NCBI RefSeq assembly: GCF_011386835.1
Contig: NC_088802.1
Coordinates: 20,212,001 to 20,276,000, forward strand
Length of the DNA stretch: 64,000 nt
Direction of reading: 5' to 3'
Source of the DNA: Chrysemys picta bellii
Lineage: Eukaryota
The notes under the pieces are model-generated. The model searched no databases. It saw only the letters and a program-made list of their open reading frames with translations, and was not told where the DNA came from. Below, piece by piece: positions 11,901 through 23,010 of the stretch. Position numbers and translations under genes: made by a program. Every line of letters begins with the position of its first letter. The stretch's first letter is position 1.

Positions 11901-14769
11901 TATGTTGATGCGGTTCTCTCTCAATCTCTCCTGTTCAAGTCAAAGTCCCTTTATGAATCTAGCCACAGCTCGGCATTGCACCCATTGGCTCCAATGGAGC
12001 TATGCTGATATACATGGCAGGAGATCTAGCTTAAATATGTATGCAGGGCTCTGGCAGGAGCTGTCCTTTAACACCTACCCAGCGGTTTTCCTGTGGCTTC
12101 AAGTTAATCTTATCTCAGCTCAGACCAAGAACATCTCCTGCTCTGTCAGTCATTAATTTCTCCAGTTTGGCTCTTTAGAGAGACCTTGACTAGGTAATCA
12201 AACAGACAATGGGTATCTGCTCAAAGTGTAGCTTCAAAATAATGCATTTTAGGTGGGTCATTTGCATAATCTTCACCCCCAAACAATTTTCTTGAAAATC
12301 CACTTCACACGTATTATCCCAAAAACTCATTTGAAGTCCCCAATATCTCCCAGCAATTGCATTATTCATGACTTCCTCCTAAAGAAGTGCCATGCAATCC
12401 TACAGAAGTACATAAACAGTTGCATTTTTAATAAAATAAAGTCCAAGAATATGAAACTTGATTCAATAATGTTTGTTCAGGATGTTACAGAATCTTATCA
12501 TATCTGCAATATAGTCTTTTGCACTCTTGCACTCTATATTGAACTCTTGGAATTTAGTGTCTGAACCTTCTGTTGCACTTACTTAACTCAAATCTTCTTC
12601 TAGCCTTACTCCCATCTATACGGGGGTGGTTCTTCACATCCTTCTTATCCATTCCAGTCTGTCTTGAATGCCATTCCTTGGAAACTGTGCAGCTAATCAT
12701 ATCCTTTAGTATTACATCCACCCCTCTAGTTCAGGGTCTGCCAATGCTTCTCTTTCCCTCCACTTTTAAGTTTAACTCCCTGTTTCCTATATAATCTTCC
12801 GATTTTCTTTTCACATGGCCAAAATATCTATGCCTCGATTCCCTCAGCTTTTCTGTAACTGGTACCAACTTCACATTTCCTCTACTTCATTCGTTCAAAA
12901 CATGGTCCATCCACGGAACTCCAAGTATCCATCTTTACATTTTCATTTCCATTGCATTCAAGATCTGCTCTGGTCTCTTCCTCAGTGCCCAGAATTCAGA
13001 GCCCTATAAAAGTGAGGCCTAATTAACATCTTGCAGATCTCACTTTTCAATCTGGTCGGTTTAGTGAAAATACAAATGCTCATGTAAATAGACATATAAT
13101 GCCCAATCCAGCATGAACTTTACTCCTGTAAATATGTTGTACACATGAATAATTTTATTGAAATTAAATGTGATTATGGACTACTAACATGAGTGTGAAT
13201 CTGTCTTCAAGATCGGGATAGTGCATAATGTTGATTAGATTCAGTCCTGCAGGTGGTCTACAAGTGGAAATCTTGTAAGTCTCAGTTGGAGTTCTGAATG
13301 CAGATAAGCTGTAGGGGTATGTCCATTTAGTCTAAACATTCAAGAACATGCAGTATCATGTCTATAGAGAAGAAGAGATTCACAAAAATGTAATAGCGAA
13401 ATGAAACCCACTCAGTGGAGATCTCCTTTCTTTCTTCCTGTAGGATTTTCATAAGGTGAGGGTGATTGTTTGGTGAACCACTGTTGGGAAGGGGTTCTAT
13501 GCATATACTGATGGCATGAAGAGGACACATAATTAGACAGTGGAACTTCTTGCCACAGAGAGACTATGAAGACCAAAAATGTAACAATATTCAGATAAGG
13601 TTTGGATAAGAAAAATATTGAGGGTTATTATAATTAATTATGACAATATATTAAACATCATGTTTCAGGGATTAAGCCACATAACCCAGTCACTGTCCAA
13701 CATTAAACAGTTTTAAACAAGGTTCAGAGTTTGGTTTGCAGAGACTCCAGTCTGCTTAGTACCTTGTCAAACACAACCATTAAAAATCTCTTTTTATAAC
13801 CTTTTATTAAAGACAAGAAGGAAGAAAAAACTATTTGAAATGTAAAATATTAAATCAGGTTTTAATTTTAACAACATCCCTTGTTCCCTTTCTCTTGAGC
13901 TGGAGACAGTTTTTTTTTAAAAGAATTTGATAAGTTGGTTATCAATGGCTATTGTTCCAGAAGGCCAGAGAGGCAACCCCATGTTCTGGGTGTCCCTAAA
14001 CCTCTGACTGCCAGAAGCTGGGAATGGGCGACAGGGGATGCATCACTCAATAATTGTCTGTTCTGTTCATTCCCTCTGAAGAATCTGACACTGGCCACTG
14101 GCAGAAATATGATACTGGGCTAGATGGACCGTTGGTCTGACCTGGGATGGTCTTTCATTTGTTCTTACGTTCCAACATGATGATAGGTGGTTCCCTAGTC
14201 AATGGGAGATGACGAGGAGATGGGTGTGTTCTAAACGTTACCGCTGTCAAAGAGTTCAGTCCCTATATCCCCTTGAGTGAGACAAATCCATCTGCTTTTG
14301 ATTCTCAGCTGGGAACCCTCTAACCCCACCTAAGGCGTTTTTTTACATGAAGCTGGGGCGGAAGGCGGAAGAAGAAGGAAATAGAAGGAGGAGACCGCTT
14401 ATAACTTTTATCACAATGGTCAGGGTAGTCACCTGGGATGTGGGAGGGCCCCGCTTTAAGTGCCTGATAAAGAGACAGGGTTTAAACAGGGGATCTCTCC
14501 CCACTGATGTGGATGCCCTAACCACTGAGATACGCTCATGTGGGTCTCTCTCTACCTCTCCTGTTCAAGCCTAAGTTTCTTTGTGGATCTAGCCCTCCCT
14601 GGGGAGTAAACACATTTGCTCCAATGATTATTACATTATCATTATTAATTATTATTTATTATTATTGAAAAATCCTTGAGATTTTAATATGGTAGAATAA
14701 GATAGCTGATATGAACTTTGTGACTTTGTCCTCACCCACAACTATTTCACGTTTGGGGACAATATATAC

Positions 14770-15922
14770 TGCGATAGACCCATACCAGTTGGGAACAGCA
14801 GAGTAGCAGAAGGGAGATATACTGGCCACTGGATAAGTAGTTTTCTGTTCCCTGAGTGACCAGAGCAGGGGCTGCTCCAGGCTAATAGACCACCTGACTC
14901 CAATTAACCTGCTAAGAGTCAGGTGAGGGAGTTAAGCACCTGACTCTAATTAAGGCCCCTCTGATGCTTGTGATGAACTGGGACTGTTCTTACTGTGGTC
15001 TTTGAATGCTGACAGGGGAGTGTGGCTAGGATAGTCTGCATTGGGGGATGGGAGACTGACCAATGGAGAATACCTGAGCATGTAACATGAGAACCCAGGA
15101 AGGGGTTAGAGGCCAGGTGACACCTTTGCCCGGGAAACTGAACAAAGGGCTGTGGGAGGGGTCACTGAAGAGAGAGTTTTCAGGAGCTGGCTGGGATATG
15201 GCTCGGAGGCAGACAGGGCTCTGACCTCCCAAGAGGGCTGGGATGCCCGGGGACCCCAAGATGGACCTAACTGAGGGGGATCCTGTTGTCTGTGCCTGCA
15301 AGACCTGTCTTGGACTGTGTTCCTGTCATCTAAATAAACCTTCTGCTTTACTGGCTGGCTGAGAGTCATGGTGAATCACAGGAAGCCGGGGGTACAGGGC
15401 CCTGAGTCCCCCACACTCCACGACAATGCTATAAAAGTGCTCACTCCAGTCAAGCCAGGGGAAGCCAGGGAGCCAGAGGAGAGGAAGTGTGTGTGAGGAA
15501 CTGGGAGCAAGAGGTGTGCAAGAAGCTGAGACTGAGTAGGCGTACTGCTAGAGGACTGAGAAGTACAAGCGTTATCAGACATCAGGAGGAAGGTCCGGTG
15601 GTGAGGACAAAGAAGGTGTTGGGAGGAGGCCATGGGGAAGTAGCCCAGGGAGTTGTAGGTGTCGTTCAACTGTACCAGGAGGCACTCTAAACAGCTGCAG
15701 TCCACAGGGCCCTGGGCTGGAACCTGGAGTAGAGGGCGGGCCCAGGTTCCCCCCATACCTCCCAACTCCTGATCAAACACAGGAGGAATTGACCTGGACT
15801 ATAGGTTCTACCAGAGGGGAAGATCTCTGGACTGTTTCCTGACCCACAGGGTGAATCTGTGAAGCGAACAAATCCGCCAATAAGCACAGGACCCACCAAG
15901 GTAGAGGAAGAACTTTGTCACA
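14770..15922 (+). mobile_element. Solo LTR inserted in Penelope RT (outer)
   Basis: TG...CA ends and 4-bp TSD ATAC (14766-14769, 15923-15926). Its TATAAAA lies just after the inner LTR. Confidence 0.85.
14969..15425 (+). mobile_element. Solo LTR nested in the outer LTR (inner)
   Basis: TG...CA ends, 5-bp TSD ATGCT (14964-14968, 15426-15430), AATAAA at ~15333. Confidence 0.88.
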
Positions 15923-17324
15923 ATACCTTCAAGACAGCAGCACTGCTATGGGTACCCACATGGCCTCACAGTATGCCAACATTTTTATGGCTGATTTAGA
16001 ACAATGCTTTCTTAGCTCTCGTCCCCTAACGCCCCTACTCTACTTGCGCTACATTGACTACATCTTCATCATCTGGACCCATGGAAAAGGAGCCCTTGAG
16101 GAATTCCACCATGATTTCAAAAAATTCCATCCCACTATCAACCTCAGCCTAGACCAATTCACACAAGCGGTCCATTTCCTGGACACCACTGTGCTAATAA
16201 GCGATGGTCACATAAATACCACCCTATACCAGAAACCTACTGACCACTATAATTACCTACATGCCTCCAGCTTCCATCCAGGACACACCACACAATCCAT
16301 TGTCTACAGGCAATCTCTGAGATACAACCGCATTTCCTCCAATCCCTCAGACAGAGATAAGCACCTACAAGAGCTCTATCAAGCATTCTTAAAACTGCAA
16401 TACCCACCCGCTGAAGTGAAAAAAAAACCAACAGATTGACAGAGCCAGAAGAGTACCCAGAAGTCACCTACTACAAGACAGGCCCAACAAAGAAAATAAC
16501 AGAACACCACTAGCTGTCACCTTCAGCCCCCAACTAAAACCTCTCCAGCGCATCATCAAAGATCTACAACCTATCCTGAAAGATGATCCCTTACTGTCAA
16601 AGATCTTGGGAGACAGACCTGTCCTCACTTACAGGCAGCCCCCCAACCTGAAGCAAATACTCACCAGCAACCACAAACTACAGAACAAAAACACTAACCC
16701 AGGAACCTATCCTTGCAACAAAGCCCGATGCCAACTCTGTCCACATATCTATTCAAGTGACATCATCATAGGACCTAATCACATCAGCCACGCCATCAGG
16801 GGCTCGTTCACCTGCTCATCTACCAATGTGATATATGCCATCATCTGCCAGCAATGCCCCTCTGCCATGTACATTGGCCAAACCGGACAGTCTCTATGCA
16901 AAAGAATAAATGGACACAAATCTGACATCGGGAATTATAACATTCAAAAACCAGTAAGAGAACACTTTAACCTCTCTGGCTACTCAGTAACAGACTTAAA
17001 GGTGGTAATTTTGCAACAGAAAAGCTTCAAAAACAGACTCCAACGAGAAACTGCTGAACTTGAATTAATATGCAAATTAGACACCATCAAGTTAGGCTTG
17101 AATAGAGACTGGGAATTGCTGAGCTATTATACACATTGAATCTATTTCCCCATGTTAAGTATTCTCACATCTCTTGTCAAACTGTCTGTAATGGGCTATC
17201 TTGATTATCACTATAAATTTTTTTCTCTTAATTAATTAGCCCCTTAGAGTGGGTAGCACAACTCCCACCTTTTCATGTTCTCTATATGTGTACATATATT
17301 TCCTCACTATATGTTCCATTCTGT

Positions 17325-17364
17325 GCATCCAATGAAGTGGGCTGTAGCCCACGAAAGCTTATGC
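17325..17364 (+). ncRNA. Minimal type I hammerhead ribozyme motif (core mutated)
   Basis: GCAT-CCAATGA-A-GTGGGC(TGTA)GCCCAC-GAAA-GC-TT-ATGC. Core position G5 reads A. Confidence 0.7.
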
Positions 17365-18158
17365 TCAAATAAATCTGTTACTCTCTAAGGTGCCACAAGT
17401 ACTCCTGTTCATTTTGTGGATACAGACTAACACGGCTGCTACTCTGAAAACGAATATTAAACAGAGTTTCAACAAATTGGTCAAAAACAAAAGAACAGAG
17501 ATTAATAGAGGAAGAGATTCTTTTTATAGAATGAGACAGATCTTCAGCTGGCATAAATTGGCCATAGTGCCCCTGAAGTCAGTGGGTCAGATTAAAGAGA
17601 TATGGAGAGAGAGGAAAGGGAGAAATGTGTGAATTAGCATTGGGCTGTAGAGTCAGAGCACTCACTCTGGATTTAGGAGACCCAAGATCCAGTCCCCTGT
17701 GCTCCAGTGACATTTGTACAACTGGGAATCTGGCCAACTGACTTCAATCGAGACACACTGATTTAGACCAACTGAGGTTTTCTCCCAACGTGTCCATCAG
17801 TTACCTGAGCTGAGAATTTCCCAAACACACGTTATCCACAGTTCTATGCTCTCTGATGTAAAAATATGTAATTTAATTTATTTCAGATCATCAACATTAC
17901 ATGAGAAACTTCAATTTCCCCAACATTTTTCCTAGACCTGTTTTCTAGCACTCACCCTAGATGTGGACCCAGGATCCCTTTCTCTTTGCTCCAGTGTCTC
18001 TTCTACCCAACGGGGATATGGCCTGCTGAGTTTAATGGAGCCGCACTGATTTGGACCAGTTGAGGCTTTGGACCAAAGTGTCAGATACCTGAACAGAGAA
18101 TCTCCCAAACACAAGTTATCCACAGTTCTGTGTTCTTTTTTTTAAAATAAGATTGTCA

Positions 18159-19091
18159 CTACTTGAGAAATTTCAATTTCCCTAACATTTTCCCTACAGC
18201 TGTTTTCACCTCATTGTTTTTCAGGCTGTAGATGATGGGGTTTAACATGGGGGTCAAAATGCTGTACTGAATGGAGAATATTTCAACCAGCACCACAGAG
18301 GAGACTGAGCTGGGTTTGGTGTACCGGAGAAAACCTGTCAGGTAGAATAAGCTAACCACAATCAGGTGGGAGCTGCAGGTGGAGAAGGCTTTTTGCCTGC
18401 CCTCCGCAAAGCGTATCCTCAGGATGGTGGAGATGATGTGAATATATGAGATCAGGGAGAAAAGAAAGGAGCTTGATCCAAGTATGACAGTAGAAGTAAG
18501 AAGCACTAATTGATTGGTGAGGGTGTCAGTGCAGGACAGTTGTAATAGAGGAGGGAGCTCACAGCTGAAATGGCTGATTTGATTGGGCCCACAAAAATAC
18601 AACTTGAAGGTAAAAACAGTGTTAAGCAGGGCATGGAAGAAGCCTATTGCCCATGCACCACTCACCAGCTGAACACAGATCCTTGTGCTCATTCTCTCCA
18701 TGTAACGCAATGGGTCACAGATGGCAGCATAGCGGTCATAAGCCATCGCTGAGAGAATGAAAGCTTCAGTAACAGCTAAGAGGAAAAAGAAGAACATCTG
18801 GGTAATACAGCCATTGACAGAAATAGTTTTGTGCTCTGCGAGTAAGTCCATCAGCGTTTTAGGTACCGTGGCTGAGGAATAGCAGATATCAACAAAGGAT
18901 AAATGGAAGAGTAAGAAGTACATAGGGATGTGAAGGTGAGAATCAGCTCTTATCACCACCATGATCACTATGTTACCAGCCAGAGTGATTAGGTAAATAA
19001 CTAAAAACACCAAGAAGAGAAAAATCTGCATCTGTGGGTCACTGGAAAGTCCCAGGAGAATAAATTCGGTCACCGTGGTTTGATTTTCCAT
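18159..19091 (-). CDS. Olfactory receptor, class II, intact (OR-B)
   Basis: 310-aa ORF with LHIPMYF, MAYDRYAAIC, KAFSTCSSH, PMLNPIIYSL. Confidence 0.97.
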   Translation of the reverse strand: MENQTTVTEFILLGLSSDPQMQIFLFLVFLVIYLITLAGNIVIMVVIRADSHLHIPMYFLLFHLSFVDICYSSATVPKTLMDLLAEHKTISVNGCITQMFFFFLLAVTEAFILSAMAYDRYAAICDPLRYMERMSTRICVQLVSGAWAIGFFHALLNTVFTFKLYFCGPNQISHFSCELPPLLQLSCTDTLTNQLVLLTSTVILGSSSFLFSLISYIHIISTILRIRFAEGRQKAFSTCSSHLIVVSLFYLTGFLRYTKPSSVSSVVLVEIFSIQYSILTPMLNPIIYSLKNNEVKTAVGKMLGKLKFLK

Positions 19092-19758
19092 TAATATTTT
19101 TTCAGCAAAACTATGACCTATAAGACAAATAAATAAACAAATAAAATTAACTCAGATTATAAAAGTGAATTGAACTGTCATCTAGAAGTCATCTCTTCAG
19201 TAGGATGAATATAAAGAGAGCCCTATTCTATCATGTAAAATATATATTTTTTTAAATACAGAAGATTTAGAATAGCAACAGTGATAAGATGGATGCAATT
19301 TGTGTGTTCTACAGAGACAAAATAGGCCAGATACACTACAGGACTTAGATCCTTAAATGCCACTTTAAGCACCTAAATCACAGAATCAGGCCCCACAGGT
19401 ATTCACAAAATCCCCGCCCAGCTGGGACTATGGGACAATCTGATGCAGGACTTGCTTAGCCTTTCCTGTTGAATCTGTTCCACTGTAGTTAAATAATTAA
19501 AAAGGCATTGGAGAAAGGGGATTGGATACTGGATCTCCTGCATCCAGGGTGAGGGCCCTAACCACTAGTCATTCGCTTGCTGGCCTAATAACTCTTTAAT
19601 CTGTCCCTCTAACATCAGCAGAGATACAGCTGTTTTTACTCCAGCTGGGGATCTGTCCCCTTTACTTCAGTGGAGCTATGGCTGACTCACACCCCCTGGG
19701 GATCTGGCCAATTCTATAAGTACCTCTTTGGCTATTACATTTTGTAATTTTTGTAGAG

Positions 19759-19890
19759 CAGTGGGTTTGGGCCTTTTTTCATTTGCAGACCCCCTAAATT
19801 TTTTTGAAGGGATATGCAGACCCCTTTGAAAATCTTAGGCATGGTCTACGGACCCCTAGGGGTCTGTGGACCACAGGTTCAAAACCACTG
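19759..19890. mobile_element. hAT MITE (MER5-like)
   Basis: CAGTGG...CCACTG TIRs and perfect 8-bp TSD TTGTAGAG. Paralogous copy at ~62590-62708. Confidence 0.88.
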
Positions 19891-19982
19891 TTGTAGAGTA
19901 TTAAATATCTATAGCATATTATTGGATTAATCCATATTAAAATATCTAGGATTTCTATAATAATAAAATAATAATAGTAATA

Positions 19983-21985
19983 AACCCCCGAGACCTAGAA
20001 ATACTGGTTTGGGCATAGGCTGACAACCCAATCAAATACAGAGAATACAGACAAATTGACAAATATTACAAATGACATAAAGAGGGCCTCAGAAGAGCTT
20101 AGCTGTATGACAGGCTCCTCCATTGCCAAGGTGTGTATGTGGAAGTGGGTAACCCCAGGTTGATACCATGCAACTGTCCAAACAATTCAAGAAAACCAGA
20201 GATAATTTTCAGCCAAAGTGTGAAAGGACTCGTAGTGCAAACCAAGAAGTGATCTAAGGTTGGATTTTGGCAAAACCCGAAGAGAGAAGCTGGAGGACAT
20301 GAATGCTCCAAGACTTGAAGGAGAGAAATAACAACACCGAGAAAGAAATTACTGAGCCTAAACTCATTGGACAACTGAGAGCTCAATAGCAAAGAGGAGT
20401 TACTTACGCAAATGGAGACTGAAAGCCTGAAAAGGGCGATTAGTCATGTTGACCCACATGCAAACAATTTAGTAGAAGCAATGACACAAGATCAACAGTA
20501 TTGTAGCACAAGGGGTGATCAAGGGGAATCAAAGAGATAGGGAAAAATTTGACATCCAAAGAAGATAGCTGCTAGTGATGCAACGAGTATTAAATAGCAA
20601 TCAAGTCAAGGACAGGACATCTGACAGTGTGCTAGAGGGAAAGGTCTGCTATCTGTGGAGGAAGAAGTTGATAATCAAGAATACAACATTGAAACATATT
20701 AAAAGTGAGACTGAGAAAAAGATTTGGTGGTGATAACAAGCAATGACACAGAGAGCATCCCAACCCAAGAAATCATGAAAGGTAGTAGAAAGGAAATCCC
20801 CACAGAAAGACTCCAAATTTTTTACACAGAAATGAGTGCATGGACAGTGATGGAGAAAGATCAAACCTATTAGGGATAGAAGATGAATAAACTGATGGCT
20901 TCTAGAAAGATATTGCAAAAGAGAGACAGAGAGCCTCAATATGAGTGCACAAGAGGAGTCCTTAAGGATTATTTACATAGAAGTAAGGTCAACCAACAGA
21001 ACTGCTCCCAGAATGTGTTCTGAAAAGGAGGAGACTGTGGAGCGCCTGCTGAGCCTGGCTAAGAGAGAACAGACACATGAGGCCACCAAGTTCCTGCACT
21101 GGAGTCTCTGTAGAAGTACAGTTTTAAATGAATTGTGTGTTATTACAACCACCAAATCAAAAGCGCTCTAGAGAATGAAGAGGCTAAGATTTTATGGGAT
21201 CTGGCAATTGTCACAGACTGAGCAGTGCAGAAAAACTGGCCAAATGTTAATAGATATCGCCATACCAGCAGAAAGTATCATAAGAAAGAAACAAGAAGAC
21301 AAGATAGCAAAGTATGAAGAACACTTCCACAAAGTAGATTGATTATGGAAAAATAGAACACAGATGATCCCAGCGATTATTGGAATACTTAGCCCTGGTC
21401 TGCACTGGGGGAGGGGAATAGATCTGTGTTACTTAAGATGTACTTAGATCGACTTACCGTGGTGTCTTCACTACAGTGAGTCAACTGCTGCTGCTCCCCC
21501 ATTGACTCTGCCTGCACCTCTTGCGCCGCTGGAGTATAGGAGTCGATGGGAAAGGGCTAGACTAGACGCGATAAATCGATCCTCACTGGATTGATTGCTG
21601 CCCGCCGATCCAGTGGGTAGTGTAGACATACCCTTAGAGTGATTCCTAAGGGTATGACTGAGCATCTGAAGAACAAGTGAGGAGTGCAAGACACCATGGT
21701 CAGTGACTTCCAGCAGACAGCACTCTCAGACACTGCGAGAATGTTAAAGAAAGTCAAAGGAAAATGAGAGCATTTGAGCATCTAAAATGTAGGAATTATG
21801 CAGAGGATTTAACAAAACTCCTGACTACCCAAACCTACAGAGTCGGTGCAGGGCAGGATTCATTGGTGACTCATGGGGATAAATTTTAGACAGTAACTTT
21901 CCCCTTTTTATGTTTAATGATCTTGTATGTTGTGAAAGCTATTCGTTTAAAAAATCCCCCCATGTAATATTGAGGGACAGTAATA
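19983..21985 (+). mobile_element. R4/Dong-clade non-LTR element, RT deleted, degenerate
   Basis: N-terminal and C-terminal (CCHC-like, restriction-like endonuclease) segments homologous to the copy at 33380-36910, joined without the RT. TAA-rich flanks. Confidence 0.7.
21392..21634. mobile_element. PIF/Harbinger MITE inside the R4-like element
   Basis: TIR-like ends GCCCTGGTCTGCACT / AGTGTAGACATACCC with 3-bp TSD TTA. Removing it rejoins the endonuclease frame (IPAIIGIL|RVIPKG). Confidence 0.8.
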
Positions 21986-22654
21986 ATGATCAAAATAAAT
22001 GAATATGCCCACCTAAAACTCTCTAGGCACGATGACATTATTTTAAAAGGAGAGATCTGATGGTAAGTTAATGGGAGTTTTTTCCCTAAGTCACTTAAAC
22101 TCAACCCAATGGGATTTTTGACTCAGGATCTTACACATCTGAATATCAGGCTGTTCCTACATAAGAGAATCAAATCTATGTTTATCTCATATGTATCCCA
22201 GAGAGAAAATAAATCTTTTTCCAATTATCAGCTAATCAGACAAATGCCCGAGAAAAGAGATGGACCTTGCCTAAATGGTAAGAAAACACTGTGCACAGTG
22301 AAAACAAAACAAAGCTAAGTGACTTCTCTAGAGAATGCCCTGCCCATAATCTACTCACCCCCTTACACACAGACTCCAAAAGTAGAAACTACTGTTATCC
22401 TGCACCAGCTGATCTCAGTGTTCTCAGTGCTGCCTCGAGAAACAGAGAGAGAGAGAGATGTCTGGGTTGCCGTCATGATCCCTATGCTGCTACTGACTCT
22501 GTGTGAGCCGACTGCTGCATCCGGGCAGAAATTAAAGGGACTCTGCAGAGAGAACCACCCCTAGAAAGGGAGTGGGGAAGGGGGAATAACGTGGTCCTTT
22601 GAAAGTAAATGGAAAATAAAAGATGATAATCAATAAATTTATGAGTCAACTCAC

Positions 22655-23010
22655 CTGCCTTTTTAATGTGGATCCTAAATATGGTCAGATCATTCTGACC
22701 TGTGATTTTATCTTTTTGTTTTCTTAGTCTATCAATTTATTGATTTGTCTGTCTAATCTCTCTCTCTCTCCCTCTGGCAAACAGCATCTAGGATGTCAAA
22801 TATTTTTTTTACCAGGAGCAGTGAGACCCTTCAAGGTATGTAGGGCTATTAGTGGGAGTGGAACAAAGACCTTTTCCTTAGCAGACTCCAAGACCAAGAG
22901 CTGATTTCTTGAGAGCTGTTTAAATGCTGTCTTGTTCCCCCTGGAACAAGGTCCCTGACGTTCACTCTCTGTGATAAGCTACCAAGTACACTGTGTTGGG
23001 TGAGCCCTTA
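22655..23010 (-). promoter_or_regulatory. Predicted OR-B promoter and 5' non-coding exon
   Basis: Donor CAG|GTGAGT at 22655/22654, acceptor TTATAG at 19118, paralogous O/E-like block at ~22905-22950. Confidence 0.58.

Larger units (their letters stand above)
14713..17453 (+). mobile_element. Penelope-like retroelement (Neptune-type), 5'-truncated, interrupted by nested LTRs
   Basis: RT frame ELCDFVLTHNYFTFGDNIY (14713-14769) resumes as LQDSSTAMG..ANIFM..LRYID (15927 onward). GIY-YIG domain VIYAIICQQC..YIGQT with a CNKARCQLC linker (16606-17139). Hammerhead-bearing terminus. Absent at the paralogous site ~60575. Confidence 0.92.
12030..21180 (+). repeat. Segmental duplication, paralogous to ~57910-64000
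   Basis: Colinear RTE, CR1 tail, OR, hAT MITE and deleted R4. The Penelope complex is present only in this copy. Confidence 0.85.

Noticed and set aside
5400-13700. Many 60-130 aa ORFs in spacers
   Set aside because: They are either decayed TE frames or random ORFs with no recognisable domain.
22680-22720. CACAG|GTCAG as a conserved acceptor defining an internal exon (deleted in the OR-A unit)
   Set aside because: The upstream sequence on the minus strand is A-rich with no polypyrimidine tract. A single first exon is the simpler reading.
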